Position numbers and translations under genes: made by a program
Assembly: GCA_040954595.2 (NCBI GenBank)
Contig: CM082589.2
Location: 4,478,213 to 4,542,212, forward strand
DNA length: 64,000 nucleotides
Reading direction: 5' to 3'
Origin: Balanoglossus misakiensis
Taxonomy: Eukaryota > Animalia > Hemichordata
Notes under the pieces: generated by a model
Database searches by the model: none
What the model was told of the DNA's origin: nothing
Seen by the model: only the letters and a program-made list of their open reading frames with translations
Shown here: one piece after another, positions 29,701-43,300 of the stretch
Layout of the letters: each line of letters begins with the position of its first letter
Position numbering within the stretch: position 1 is the stretch's first letter

Positions 29701-30981
29701 ATCTCTCCGTCGGTCTATCTATATATACTGTAAACATTATAACGCATCTGTCCGCCCGCCTATGAGCTATTTATGTACCTGTCTGTTTGCCTGTCTCTCT
29801 GTTTACCGATTGATTGATTGTTCGATCGATCGATCAGTGCACGGACCTAGTGTTTGCATGTGTATTAAAGACCTCAAGGGTATTATTCCTCAGAAGATTT
29901 GATAAACCTATTTAAGCTACACTACCGTTCTCATCACTTAAGTGATCTTAAGTTCTAAACGCTGGTGACAACATCTGCGGTGCGGTCTGAAATGAGACCT
30001 CTTTGCGTTTTGAAATTTTGCTTGCCCCTCCGTGATTGCGCCTTCAAAAGCGAAGTGGTTGTACGTGCCCTGGAAGATCAGCCACTTGCATAAAATCCAG
30101 TGTACTCAAATCGAGCAATTGATACCAAGGCGATGCGATTGCAATTAATCATTTACAAAATATGCATTCACTGATATAAATATATCAATCACTGAATGGT
30201 CCTTACGATGACTCCTCTCCTTGACAGAATGACACAAGACGAAGAAAGTGATACACATGTACCGTTGTGATAAATTGTTCAATGCTGAGCGTAGTTTCAA
30301 GAAGCTAACGCGACCTGTTAAACTGTACGTTCTTTAAGCGATCAAAAACTTCCCTTACGATGAACACAGTAAGCGTGGATGGTTCCGGATGAAAAGTTGC
30401 ACCCCCCCCCTTCCCGCCAGATAAAAGATAACAGTGCGCGAGGTGTTTTAATTAGCACGCACGGTGTACTCATATAGGGTCCTTTGCGTCGTTCTGCAGT
30501 GCCGCGTTCAATAAACCTATTTTGAGTTGAAACCGTCCGATGAAATCGCTGTCTAGGAATATTTGCATCCCGGCAGCAAACACGCGATCGTCGTTCGACA
30601 AACAAATATATTTGCTGATTGGTGCGGCGTTTAACCGGGGAATGTTTTTTCCCCTTGTGGAGTGAATGAAGAAGAAAAAAAACTTACCAATTCGGGGACG
30701 AACAGACTTTTCCTTTCGATGATCAGGTGGTATATTGGTCAAATTTTCACTTTAAGCCCGTGGTGTTTCCGATATATTCTGTTCCACAGATGGAAAGACC
30801 TCTTCTGGGTGACGGCTCTCTTGGTACACACGGCGTTTGTACTCCCAGGCACAGCGAAATTAGGAAGCAGGCCACCTAAGTGAGCAATAAAATGGACGTT
30901 GACAGATAAGTCTCAGATATGACAATGGCAGGGAGACCCGAGTCGGGCAGCACCACTTGACTACGGTGGCCGAAACCGACA

Positions 30982-31270
30982 CTCCTCTGCTATGCTAAGT
31001 CGGCCTCCTCTGCTATGCTAAGTCCTCCTCTGCTATGCTAATTCCTCCTCTGCTATGCTAAGTCCTGCGATGCTATGCTAATTCCTGCGATGCTAACTGA
31101 ATCCGATCTACTGCCGACCTCCTCTGCTATGCTATGTCGATCTGCGATGCTATGCTAAGTCCTGCGATGCTATGCTAATTCCTGCGATGCTAACTGAATC
31201 TGATCAGCTGTCGACCTCCTCTGCTATGCTATGTCGATCTGCGATGCTATGCTAAGTCCTGCGATGCTAA
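30982..31270 (+). repeat. Subterminal ~20-bp tandem repeat array in the left TIR
   Basis: Units CCTCCTCTGCTATGCTAAGT / CCTGCGATGCTATGCTAA(G/T)T with core TGCTATGCTA. A ~97-bp higher-order unit starts near 31064 and 31161. Confidence 0.9.
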
Positions 31271-32252
31271 CTTAACCGGAAGTACTGGAGTACATTTTTA
31301 CGAACAAACATACGCTCGTCTCACATGCAGCCGGACTTGCTGTTTGGCGACTGATTTGGGCGAGCGGAGAAAGCATTAAGTGATAATAGAAATAATATAT
31401 GAATATCTTATCCATAAAATTTGTTTCGAAGATACGGATTTTGTAGGCGGCGACAACGTCTGCAATTAGAGGCGATCGTTTCCCCACTTTCCAATCCTAG
31501 AAATCAAGACTTCATTTGCGGTCCTACTAATTACTGCCTGTAGCTGCCCGTCATTTTCTGTGGAAATTGGCTGATCAGTTTAGCCCAATATGATGTAATA
31601 AATATCGTGAATGATTTTTCAAGGAGTCTTTTTTCTTAGACTGACTATTGGCTAAACGTTATATTTAGAGGTTAAACAGCTGCCAGAGGGTATTTGGGTG
31701 CAGGACCTCTCATGTGAAAATTAGCATACATTTTATTGTTGGGAGATGAATAAAGACAAAAGACAGCTTACAAGTCACAGAAACAGAGGGATCCATTAGT
31801 TTCATGACTTTATTATAATATGCTTGGTGTGAATCCTGCTTGCTGATTGGCAAGAGCCAGGGTTTATATTCTCGCAAAAAAATGGACCAAGAACAGTGAA
31901 TAATTTAGAAATGGAACACATACAAGAGAACACACTTTATTCAAGTTACTGGATGTGGGATAACATGGATAAAGTCGTGCGACTTTAGAAATTCTATAAC
32001 ACTTCGCTCGGTGATTATTTCCCGCCAAATATGCTATGGGGAAACGATCGCCTCTAATTGCAGACGTTGTCGCCGGCTACAAAATCCGTATCTTCGAAAC
32101 AAATTTTATGGATAAGATATTCATATATTATTTCTATTATCACTTAATGCTTTCTCCGCTCGCCCAAATCAGTCGCCAAACAGCAAGTCCGGCCACATGT
32201 GAGACGAGCGTATGTTTGTTCGTAAAAATGTACTACAGTACTTCCGGTTAAG

Positions 32253-32541
32253 TTAGCATCGCAGGACTTAGCATAGCATCGCAGATCGACATAGCATAGC
32301 AGAGGAGGTCGACAGCTGATCAGATTCAGTTAGCATCGCAGGAATTAGCATAGCATCGCAGGACTTAGCATAGCATCGCAGATCGACATAGCATAGCAGA
32401 GGAGGTCGGCAGTAGATCGGATTCAGTTAGCATCGCAGGAATTAGCATAGCATCGCAGGACTTAGCATAACAGAGGAGGAATTAGCATAGCAGAGGAGGA
32501 CTTAGCATAGCAGAGGAGGCCGACTTAGCATAGCAGAGGAG
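32253..32541 (-). repeat. Subterminal ~20-bp tandem repeat array in the right TIR (mirror of the left)
   Basis: TAGCATAGCA-core units, reverse complement of 30982-31270. Confidence 0.9.
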
Positions 32542-33059
32542 TGTCGGTTTCGGCCACCGTACTTGACGGTGAGACGATCATGTTTCCTTAGTTATGAATT
32601 AAATGAGCCATATATTTAGATGAACATTCGTTTTGATAGAAACGTGGATTTTTGCACCAACAGCGACAATTACAGACATCACATGACGCCCTTCTCACGC
32701 TGGGGGTTTGCCAAGACATTCGCATATTTTTATTACCGGCATTATCCAGTTGGAATTTCCCGAATCATAATGGCTCCTAAATCATCACACAGCACACATT
32801 GTAATTGCTTTGCTGACAAACATAATTAGGTGTATATTAAAATCGTCGTCTCATTTTCCACAACTTATCATTGCAGATCGCCCACAAATTACTGTATAGT
32901 GTTTCCCGCCATTTCTTGTCTGTCGTCTCTGACTGACATAGTAGCACGTATAAACAGTTATACTGAACTGCAGTTCGAACAATTGACGGATAAGTATCCC
33001 GTTTTGACCGATATGATTCCATTTTTGGTTCCAGAGAAAATTTCTGAATTGGAATTCCC

Positions 33060-33170
33060 AGTTGATTGCATGGATGAATGAACAGAACGGGCTAATAACA
33101 ATACACCTACTAAAAAGTTGATTGCATGGATGAATGACAGAACGGGCTAATAACAAAAAAAACTACTAAA
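33060..33170. repeat. Tandem duplication, ~56-bp unit x2
   Basis: AGTTGATTGCATGGATGAATGA(A)CAGAACGGGCTAATAACAA...CTACTAAA at 33060 and 33116. Confidence 0.9.
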
Positions 33171-36100
33171 TAATAAACAACTCTCAAGTAACATATACTC
33201 ATTTGTAATGAAAAGAACTCATCTTGCACCTGTTTAGGGCTTCTGGCTTCAACGACATAATAACTGTCAACTAATATGGCTGAATTTGGTCTGTGTAAAC
33301 TCTTGCTACATGTACATCTGTATGCTCGACGACAGACGACAGACTATCATGTGTTTGTCAAGCAGACGACTCTTCGGAACATGACAGCGCCATATTTTCT
33401 AACCACCTTTCTTCACCCCACTTCACGAGCGTCGTGCTGTTTCCATCTAAAAGCCAAGTCTCATTTTGAAGTATGTTCTCCCTTGTCAGCAAAATTTGAC
33501 ACATTTGTATTCTGGAGACACCAATAACAAAACGAAACACTGGCTATAACCATGAAACATTCATACTCCGCCCCCATGCCATGCATGCATATAACATCAT
33601 TATTTTCTTCTAATTATGAACAGTGTGGTGAATATGGACATTCTATATACATTGCGGTTCATCCTTCTCGTGTCGAAGTCGAGAACATACATTCATCTCT
33701 GATTATGCAGCGGGGCTCAACCCTATTATGTACTATTGGCAGTGTAACAGAAATCAGGATTTATGGAACATAGATGATGGAGCACATCAGGGATTGAAAA
33801 GTCACGAATTTAATTTATTATGTTGAATTTAATCATACCAAAGAAAGCATAAACAGTCTGTGAAATGAATCGGACGTTAATGGAAACATTTTGACAGGAT
33901 GGACATATTTTATTCAAAGCTCCTCACTCATGATATTACAGAAAAACAAGCGAAAATGGAAACCAGAGGACACATCTATACGTACTGTCCAGAATTCCGC
34001 TGTCAGAAAAATTGCAAGAGTCCTAAATATAGTGAGCACCATTTTGAGTTACTAATGACCCAGAGCGAGTGACCTTGAATATTTAGTGCCTGATTTTTGA
34101 TAAATCACAAAATACAAAATGGTCTCTTGCAGGCCATTAGGCTGAAAGTACGAAAATCAATAATATCAATGAGGATTTCTGAAGCGTAATTTGCGAGGTA
34201 TATTAGTGGAGTGGGATGTGCACTTTTAGAATCTGTGTCCAAGTACAATGCACTACTTATTACCATGGTAATGTATACCATGCTCTGAACGCGAAAGCAA
34301 ACTTGTTTCATCGGCATAAGATGTTAAACAGCGTCGCTTTGCAGGGAGCGAAAAGTCATAATGCTTGACATTATGACTGATGATGAATTTTATATGAAGT
34401 TGCGAAGTAACTGCAAAGCTTAATCTAGGCATTTGCTTGATTGCAAATCGCACACAACTTCACGAAATACTTAGTACCTATAGTTGTCATTGCGGACATG
34501 TCCCACGACTAAAGATTTAATCATATTCTTAAGGCTATACTATACGAGATTTAACGCGCGTGTTGAATGCCGTCGTTGGCAAGGTTCCAAACGCGCACTG
34601 CTTCAGGTGAAAAATCATACCACTTTTGTTGCTTGCTATGGATTTGGGCTTCTTATCTTTAATATTGCAAATATTCAAAGACTCTGAACTCTCTCGGTTT
34701 ACAAATTAGTTAAAATGAAGTTTCGCTGAGTTCTGGAAATCGAAGTGAAGAATAAAGACGCGCATGTCTTTTGCCGTTTTAGATATACCTACCCTAGCAA
34801 ACACTTTACAGTATTTCATCAAAAGGACAAAAGCCTATTTCTGGTAATCTAATAAATGCTTGAGGCTCTGTTGATTTATGGCTCTAGTTTTTTTTAATCT
34901 TAGGGGGTTCAGTTTGTTGTTATAGTTTGAATGAATCGTAGCGAGACAGAATTGAGCTGTGATAATTTGCATAAAATGTAACGTCACTGAAATATGATTA
35001 AACCCTACACACGTATACGTGACCGCTTTTCTGTGTTTGCGTGGCACCATTTGCAAAATTATAAAGATTTTATTTAAGTTTTTTACTTTGTTATCGAATT
35101 CTAGAAAATAAGGAAATTGGCCGCGATCCACAGCTTAGGAGATAATGTAAACTGTAAACCCTTGATAGATTAATTTAAGTTAAGGGATTTCAGATAATCT
35201 TGATGGCAGATGGAACCAATGAACAGATGTGTGTACGTGATGTAAATATGACAGCTTCGTATGAAAAACATGATCATACCTCCCATGACGAACTAATTAT
35301 CACCTCAGATCTAAATTGATTCAATATACACGCCAGACGATGGGCATATTGAAATAACTTTACGTCGACCGAAGTACTTGTATTGAAAACGCGCGCCGAT
35401 GATCAAAATCCACAAAACCATCTTAAGTAGTACTATTCGGCATAAAGCAGTATAAGGTATCGAACAAAGGATTATGCTGATGTTTAGCGAAGAGGGGAAA
35501 CAGGTCGTGAAAATAGAGTTAACGAGGCAATCATTGTTCTTGAATTGCTATCTTTCTCTCCTCTTCACAGTTATTACATGTTAGAGCGGAGAATAAAATG
35601 CTGATTTCCTATGTTTCTCTGCAGTTTTCAATATTATTTAAGTCGGTCAAAGCAAGAATAATGAAGAGTGTACTATTATAGTCGTATGGCCAATGGTATC
35701 ATGCGTTAATTATTGTAGTTAATATATTATTAATTTGTATAAGCACGTGTTCAAAATTATATTTTGCAATGAGTGAACAGGCGCCCTATTCCGCTCATTT
35801 GATCGATTATGACAGTTAACACCGCCCTTTGAAAACCCTGATAGCTGTAGGGGAATTGAGGTGCATTATTGTATATGAAACTAGTAGGCGTTAATTAACT
35901 CATATCACTATCACCTTAGAAACGTCGCTTTCGATAAAGCCTGTGTCCTCTGGGTCATAATATTCCCCTGACATGACGCTTTGTGTGATCGTGTATTTTT
36001 AGAATTAAGATGTAGGAACATATGGTCTATATAAATTTTTCCAAAGCGGAAAATGATACATAAATTCGTGTTTAATACGTGTTCATGAGTGTGCTTACCC

Positions 36101-39100
36101 ATGACCGAACTGCTATCATTTCTGAAGACAACCTATTGCATATTGCTGAATACAACTTTGCTCACTGTTAAATATTTCAAATTATGTAAATACTGTTTAA
36201 CTACGCTCCTTTGTGAACCAAGACTGCATGGACCCAGTAACAGCTGAATTTCAATGTCAGCTTGCCCTTGTTTACTCAGAACCAAATCCACAGGCAAATT
36301 AATTATTGATATGTTGAAATTGCCCAGTAATACATGTATATACAAATTAAACGCGATGGGAACTATTTTGGGATAATTTAATTGCATACTAAAAATATGT
36401 AACAAGAAGAGCATTGTTAGTGTTTATGGTTGAAAAGAAACCCGCAACTATGACAAAAATTGACATAATATAAATGACCTGCACAGATGGGACATTGTAT
36501 TCTTAAACTGTTGATCGATTTTTGTCGTTTTATCGTTCGAGTATGCAATTAATTATAATCTTAAAATAGTTCAAATTGTGTCAACATTTAATATGCCTTC
36601 CGAAGGTGCAGATTTCTCTAATATGTGTCACATTTACCTCCAATGTTCAGTACAGCTGTTGCGTATAATAGTTTTCAAACAACTGTGCTCTGTTGACAGT
36701 CCCGCAGAGCGAACTCTTTACTGAATTATCTGCTCACGGCTGTGATATTTTACCATCTAAATTATGTATCACATTTGAGAGTCGGTATGAATATTTCAAA
36801 CTATTCGTGTATTTCCCCGGGGAAACGGGTTACAACATTTATTATAGTCTACAGCGACAACATCATGGTGCCCTATAGTAATAATTTAAATTAACCCCTG
36901 CCAGCATGCATACCATAGATGCAGACTTAGCTCCATATACCGAGTGTAAACATGTGTGTACGTGACATGTATACCGGTTGCTGTATCTATAACAACAGCA
37001 ACCACCACCACCGCCATCACCACCGCCATCAAATCAACAACAACAATGATTTGGATGGAAGAGAATTGAGGGAACAATAATGAAAGCTCTAACGAAATAT
37101 TTTGCTTCCGTTAAACAGCAAGGCCAAGAATCACGAAGTCATTTATAAATGGTGTCCAAATCTCATGAATTAGACGTTGATTTACAGGCGACCAGTATAT
37201 TTTCTGCATAGGAGGAAGACCTAAGACCTTGCACGGGGGATAAACAACCTGAAGGTTTTACCCTGTCAATTTTTTTTTCATCCACAAAACACATTTCTAA
37301 TAAGGCCTTGGTCAAGCATTTGCAAAAATCTATTCGTGTTTTAGATCTGTATTCGAGTCCTTCAGAATACAATACATTGCATCTCTACATTTCCTTGAGT
37401 GCCTGCTCTTCCTTGTTGATTTATAGCTCGTTGTTTCGCTTTATGTCATGATTTAAGACCTCTGTTGTGATGATAAATAATTTGCTAAATGACATAAAAG
37501 TTTTAGTAAACAAGGAAAATTACTCACGGTAATGTCTCCAAGCTGTCTAAATAGCGAAAGCAATCTAGAAAAGAGAATACGAGTTTTAGATTAGAATTAA
37601 TATTTGCTCCTTCAAAATGATGTATTACGTCCGCGAGATTACGTGACTGGTCCACTGTTCAATATGTCTTATTGCGTGTGCAAAACAAAGAAACGTTACG
37701 TTAAGGGATTTAACTCTTACACGTTCCTTTCTTCAGTAAAATTTTAGAGTTTGTATACTTCACACGTGATACAATAGCCTGAGTTCAACCAATATCATTT
37801 GATCGCCGAACTAATTTGCTGTTAGAGTGAAAATCTGCCACCTTAATTTTTTGTCTTTGAATAATCGTCAATTTTGCCTAAATTTGTACAATTTTTCATT
37901 GAATACATCCAGTATGTGGTTATAGGTTACAGACATTCTATTGGACACACTTAATTATTCAAGCCAAATTACGCGAACCCTGTCGACTTTTTCCCGCGTT
38001 GAACACCGCTGGCTCAGCCGCCATAAATCTTAGATACGTTTTATTTTCAGTTCCAAGATCCCTTCAAGCTGTCCCCTCTTGTCCAGCTCACTGTCAGCCT
38101 CCATTTATCTCACGCGCATAAGTACAACTGTGTGTGAATGTAACGGTCGGTATCTGTAGTGATGTTGTATAATGCTAGTAGTGGGAAGAAAAGGCCGACA
38201 CGAACCAGCAGGCACTGTGAACGAGTTCTCTCCCCCCCCCCCCTCTCCCCGATCAGCATATACATGTGCACGACTATCTCTGCATGTCCAACATGTATAC
38301 ACCTCGCTTATAAAAGAACATCATTGTAACGCGATTGAGTAATTAACGATTAAATCGACGCCTCTCGACTCAAATTTAAACACTCTATTGCGTTAGACGC
38401 CAACCGTTTAGGTGACAGATTGAAAACGAGACCCCATTTCTTTTCCACTTTTGAGCTGAAACGACACTGGCTTATCAAACTGGTCACATCAGAGGCGACA
38501 ATCTCAAGAAGCAATCTCCCTTCGCTGTTTTCGAGGAATAATATCGCGCACTTGAGAAGAGGAGTGCCTCCCCCTTAAGTGGAACTCATTAAATCCATGT
38601 TAACACTTCATTACGGCTCTCTTGTTACCCATACAGGTTCGAACGTTGATTTATCAGAAATTTCTGATGGATTTTGCATTGCACGAGGCCACGTATTGTG
38701 TTTGTACGCTGCTTACGCAAGCATCGCCAATTGAGACGATCGCTCGCTGTTCGAAACGAAAACCATATCCATTGCCTAGCAGGAAGGACACAGAAATAAG
38801 TCATCAAATGATTTCTCTCTGGCACAATGCTGCACCTACGCCAGTAAAGAGAAAACCGGAATGCCTGCAAATTGCCGCTTGTTCTTTAGAAGCGTTCAAT
38901 AAAACGTGGAATTTCTTCGGATCGACAAAATGGGGACGCTGCGAAGACACATCCGCAAACTGACTCGAACGCTCACCATTACTAGTAAGACACAATCGAT
39001 TGGAAGTACACATTGATATTTATATGTAAATATGCACCATGCATGTACACAATTCCCTCCTTTATTGCTTGCGTGCACTGTTTATTTTGAGCGGATGTCA

Positions 39101-40234
39101 ACGATTTGCCATTACGTGACTTTAACATGAACGCCCAGGTTTTGCAGAAAGCTGTGTTATCATTATAAAGGCCCTTGCTAGCAGTGTACATTTTTATGGC
39201 ACCATGCATAATGGTCTAAATGTGTACGGACAATGGTTCGTATTATGGCACTTTCTCTGTTTATTATAAAATCAATTGATAATTCTTGTGTGTGTTTTTT
39301 TTTTCTCCTAGGGTATGCCATTATTAACTTAATATATGCAGCTCATCGGTACAAGAGAGAAAATAAGATTTCGTAGCACATGAAATTAAACCATCTAACC
39401 TCCCCGTTACATTTTAATGATCATGTCTTACAGAAGATCACTATGGTTCTCCGCGCTGGATTACACACCGGAAAAAGTGTATACATGTATGTGTATATAG
39501 CGTTGCCATGACAAAGGTCAGTTTGCTTGTAGGAAATGTTTGAAAGAAATAAACGTGGCAGTATAGAGCAGAAACGGATTATCTTCACAGCATGAAGACA
39601 AAACTTGATTGGTTCTTTCTTTATCGAACTGACTGTTTGTTTTATTGGATTGATGCGAAGGACGTTTGGTATTTAAATCAGTTTATGGTTTAACTCTTCT
39701 TTGCCTATGCCCTTCAATTGCCTATGGCTATACATTGGGATTCCGCCTCTTCGACAACTTATAAAAGACGTTTTTTAGAATGAAAAAATCACGTATTAAT
39801 GTTTTGTATGAAGTTCATGTGACCCTGACTAACACCATAATCCGTGTTTAGATAGTTTTGACATATTCCCCTTGTGTTGATCCTAAGGGTGACGAAACAT
39901 AAAAGGATATACATACAATTGACACATGGTTTATAATCACCTCCATTTTCAATATGTGCTTCTTGCAAGATGAACACAATTAATTTTTTATGAAGTCTAT
40001 GGGTTCTCTCGAACGCCTTTGTCAAATCCGAACGACACAGATCAGATGTTTCCATGTTGAAAAGCAGGAAAAGATTAAATTTGACACAAAGTTGACAAGC
40101 TCAAAGCTTTAATTTACAGGACAGTAATTATTTATTGCTATCCTGCTTTGGGTACCGCTATACATGTATATCCTAAAATCCACGATTGTAACCTATTATG
40201 AGGACTTGTTAATGTGTATTTAATGCTTTCTTGT

Positions 40235-40315
40235 ACAGAGAGGCAGACAGACAGAGAGACAGAGAGACAGACAGACATACAGACAGACAGACAGATAGAT
40301 AGACAGATAGATAGA
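40235..40315. repeat. (GACA)n/(GATA)n microsatellite
   Basis: Directly visible. Confidence 0.9.
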
Positions 40316-43300
40316 ATGTCTTTTATACTTGAAAACACGTATAAGTGAGGGAAAGCAATCATTGACTCTATTCAATGCTATTCCCTTCCATAGAATCACT
40401 GCACAGCCTTGATTTTGTTTGCAGAAGAAAAATGTTTGCAATAAAAGAATTTCGAAGCGTTTCCGTCGCTGCGTTCAACGCCACGATACGCTACATGGTT
40501 TTGTATGTTGTTTGACGTCAGTGAAAATGACGAGGTGACCGCGAGGCACGATTATTTGTCGTAATATCCTGAGCTCATCAGCAAGATTGTAGAATATATC
40601 GTCTTACTGTAATATCGCAGAGTCTATGATTATGGAAACTGAGTGGCATTTAAAATGATTTTTTCATTGAAAAACAAAACAATTGAAGGTTCAAACGTTT
40701 TTCTTCAGTATATGTCCATCAACATCGACCAAGGCCCCAAAGCCAAGCTTGGTGTCTAACTTTAAATTTCTGTTCGTTGTCAATATTGACCTGTGGATTC
40801 ATGACACAAGCGTGTAGTTGAGTTCGGACTGAAGCGTAGTGATTTTCTTCGTTAAAACCGCCCACCTACGCATATCAACAACGCATGCGAATGCCACATA
40901 ATGCCTTGGTTAATTTGTTATTGATTTTTAAAAAGACCTAATATGATTTATGTGCAATCGAATTAGGCAGACCAAATGAGTAACTATGTTACTTCAGTCT
41001 TTATATGGGCGGCCCCATCCCATAATATCGTTTCATTTTCCATATTCGAATAGGCACTGAAACCAAAGTATGGCATCCATACGCCGTGTCTTATCACTGC
41101 GCTCCACGAACGAAAACAATCACTGACACGAAAACGAAAACTGAAATAAGTTCCCCCACATAATCCAGGGCTGGGAGAGATCATGTGCATTGATACGCAC
41201 TTAATTTGGCAAAAGATGTACCAGGTACTTTAATGGAAATGACATTTGTAATATTTCCGTAAAATTGGATTTTTTCTTACAATGCCAATCAAGTGTGAAA
41301 ACAACCATTCATACGAATCTTAATGCTTTTTTGCGCTTCTGCCCACGCGTGTTTTCGCCTGACACCAAAACCTTTAATGTCATAACATGAATGTATGGCC
41401 AACACAATTCGGATATGTAAAAACTTTGTCAAGAAATTACCTACAGAATTTAACTTCGCAAAAACAGATGAAAATCTATTTACCAAACAAATTAAAATCA
41501 AATCATTACTTTCTCGAATATCCTATGTTTCTACAATAGTAGACGTATATATAAGGAGAGGTTTAAATCGCCCGAGAAGAGAGCTTCGTTTAATAATCTT
41601 CTCCCAATCATCAGCACAAACTTTATAGTAGAAAGTGACCGGAGGGATTTATGTCAATTGATAATTCGTGCGCATGTAATACAAGCATGCAAACGCTTGC
41701 TACGCTACAAACCTGATACTTTTGCATTTCGTTTAATTTGTTGAACAGGCAACAAGGACAGTGCTATCAATTTAAACCGTATTACTTTTTTCATCAATCG
41801 AGTACGTCGTGACTAATAATCTCCGCTCATCACGAAGCAAGCCTTAATTTGACATTTAATACTAAAGAGCTTGTACGAAAATGTTGTATCCCCGTACACT
41901 TAATATTTCGTGCATGATCATCAAGTCGTGTTGTATGTTCATGATAGAATTGCAATTGTGGGACAAGAATTTAAGCTTTTGTTAAAAAAATGGCTACCAT
42001 TTTTGCGAAGAGGTATGTATTGCACGAATTAATGCACGTTTCTGTTTCGATTTGTTTGAAAAATACGGCTAGTGTTAATACAACGGCTAATCTATCGTAT
42101 TGTATAGCAAAGTTTTCATTTTACACGATTGTCAAGTTATGTTCACCCAAAGTCTAGAAATGGTTACATTCGGTCTCATAAGACGTTTACAATGCCCAGA
42201 AGAAATTGGCAAGAAAATTACGAGGACCTGGGGTCTGCGGAATGTGTGCGAAAGGAATGTGGGAGGTAATCTTAGGTCGAATTCTTGATGTAACCCTTCA
42301 CCAAGTCGTTTTGAACACAATCTATACATGAACTTGCTGTGTCCCCACAAAGCACGTGTTCAGCGGGGCGTGAATCTCTAAGTACGGCTATAATATTAGA
42401 AACCTCAAGTGACTGAAACTTTTTGATATGAAAATACAGCGCTGGTCTAGCAAAGACTAAGGGTAAACCTGTCCGGGTATATGACCTCGAATCGTGGGTA
42501 AAGTGAGTATTTCTCTCAGTCGGAATAGGAAATTACCAACTGCAGCCTTCAGACTACTTCATCATCGGAAATGAGTGAACGAGAGAGTGTAATGTGAGAT
42601 GAACTTTCATGGCCACTTTCATCTAAATGATAGTCTGGGAACCCAAGATGGGTCTATTATTTGGGTTTCTTAAAAGGTATAACATCATGTCAATGTCCTA
42701 AGAATTATAACTTCAACTTACCGCAAGAATCAATGACCTGCTTCATTGTCTGCCGATGATATCTGCTCCTGGACCATTTCCAAGAGTTTTAATTGATATC
42801 TGCCAAAATTAAAAATTAATAAAAAAGAATTAAAAATGGTTTTCACACTTTTGAAATATTTCAAGACACTCCCTTACTGGGTATGCGCTGTTCCAATTTT
42901 ATTTTCGCCATCTTGGCTAGCGCGGTATGTGCTCCATCATTGTGAAACCGAAACGATGTCATGCATGCTTTCAACGAAATTAATAATTATCATAGACTGT
43001 TTCTCCCGTCTCGTATTTCAACAATGAGTGTCGATAAAATAATGTCAGTGAAACGGTTACATTGTCTAGTGTGGAAATGACAAGATTCTCTGATGCAGTT
43101 TGTTGAACTTATGTAAAAGTCGATTGGGTGTTTATGGTGGATTACTTTCCTTAGTTTTATGACAAGGAATATTTATTGTTTTTGAATATGTGACTGTACA
43201 CTGAGAGCATTACGTTACATTATGAACAAAACATGCTAAATGCGTGAGAGAATCTTAGCCACATATGACGAATTGACATTATTTGACCACAGCAGCATCG

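Larger units (their letters stand above)
30962..32561. mobile_element. Non-autonomous foldback DNA transposon, IS3EU-like (1600 bp, 525-bp TIRs, 6-bp TSD)
   Basis: 30962-31486 is the reverse complement of 32037-32561, with about 5 substitutions by eye. Termini are TACGG...CCGTA. CTTGAC is duplicated at 30956-30961 and 32562-32567. The 550-bp spacer has no recognisable ORF. TAY..RTA ends plus a 6-bp TSD match my recollection of the IS3EU superfamily, so the element is certain and the superfamily less so. Confidence 0.9.

Noticed and set aside
30982-31270. Short repeat array as a possible CRISPR array
   Set aside because: The repeats are contiguous tandem units without unique spacers, they lie inside a TIR, the context is eukaryotic, and there are no cas genes.
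31272-32251. Two near-identical 71-aa ORFs on opposite strands
   Set aside because: They are mirror images produced by the 525-bp TIRs. One starts with GTG and neither has recognisable homology.
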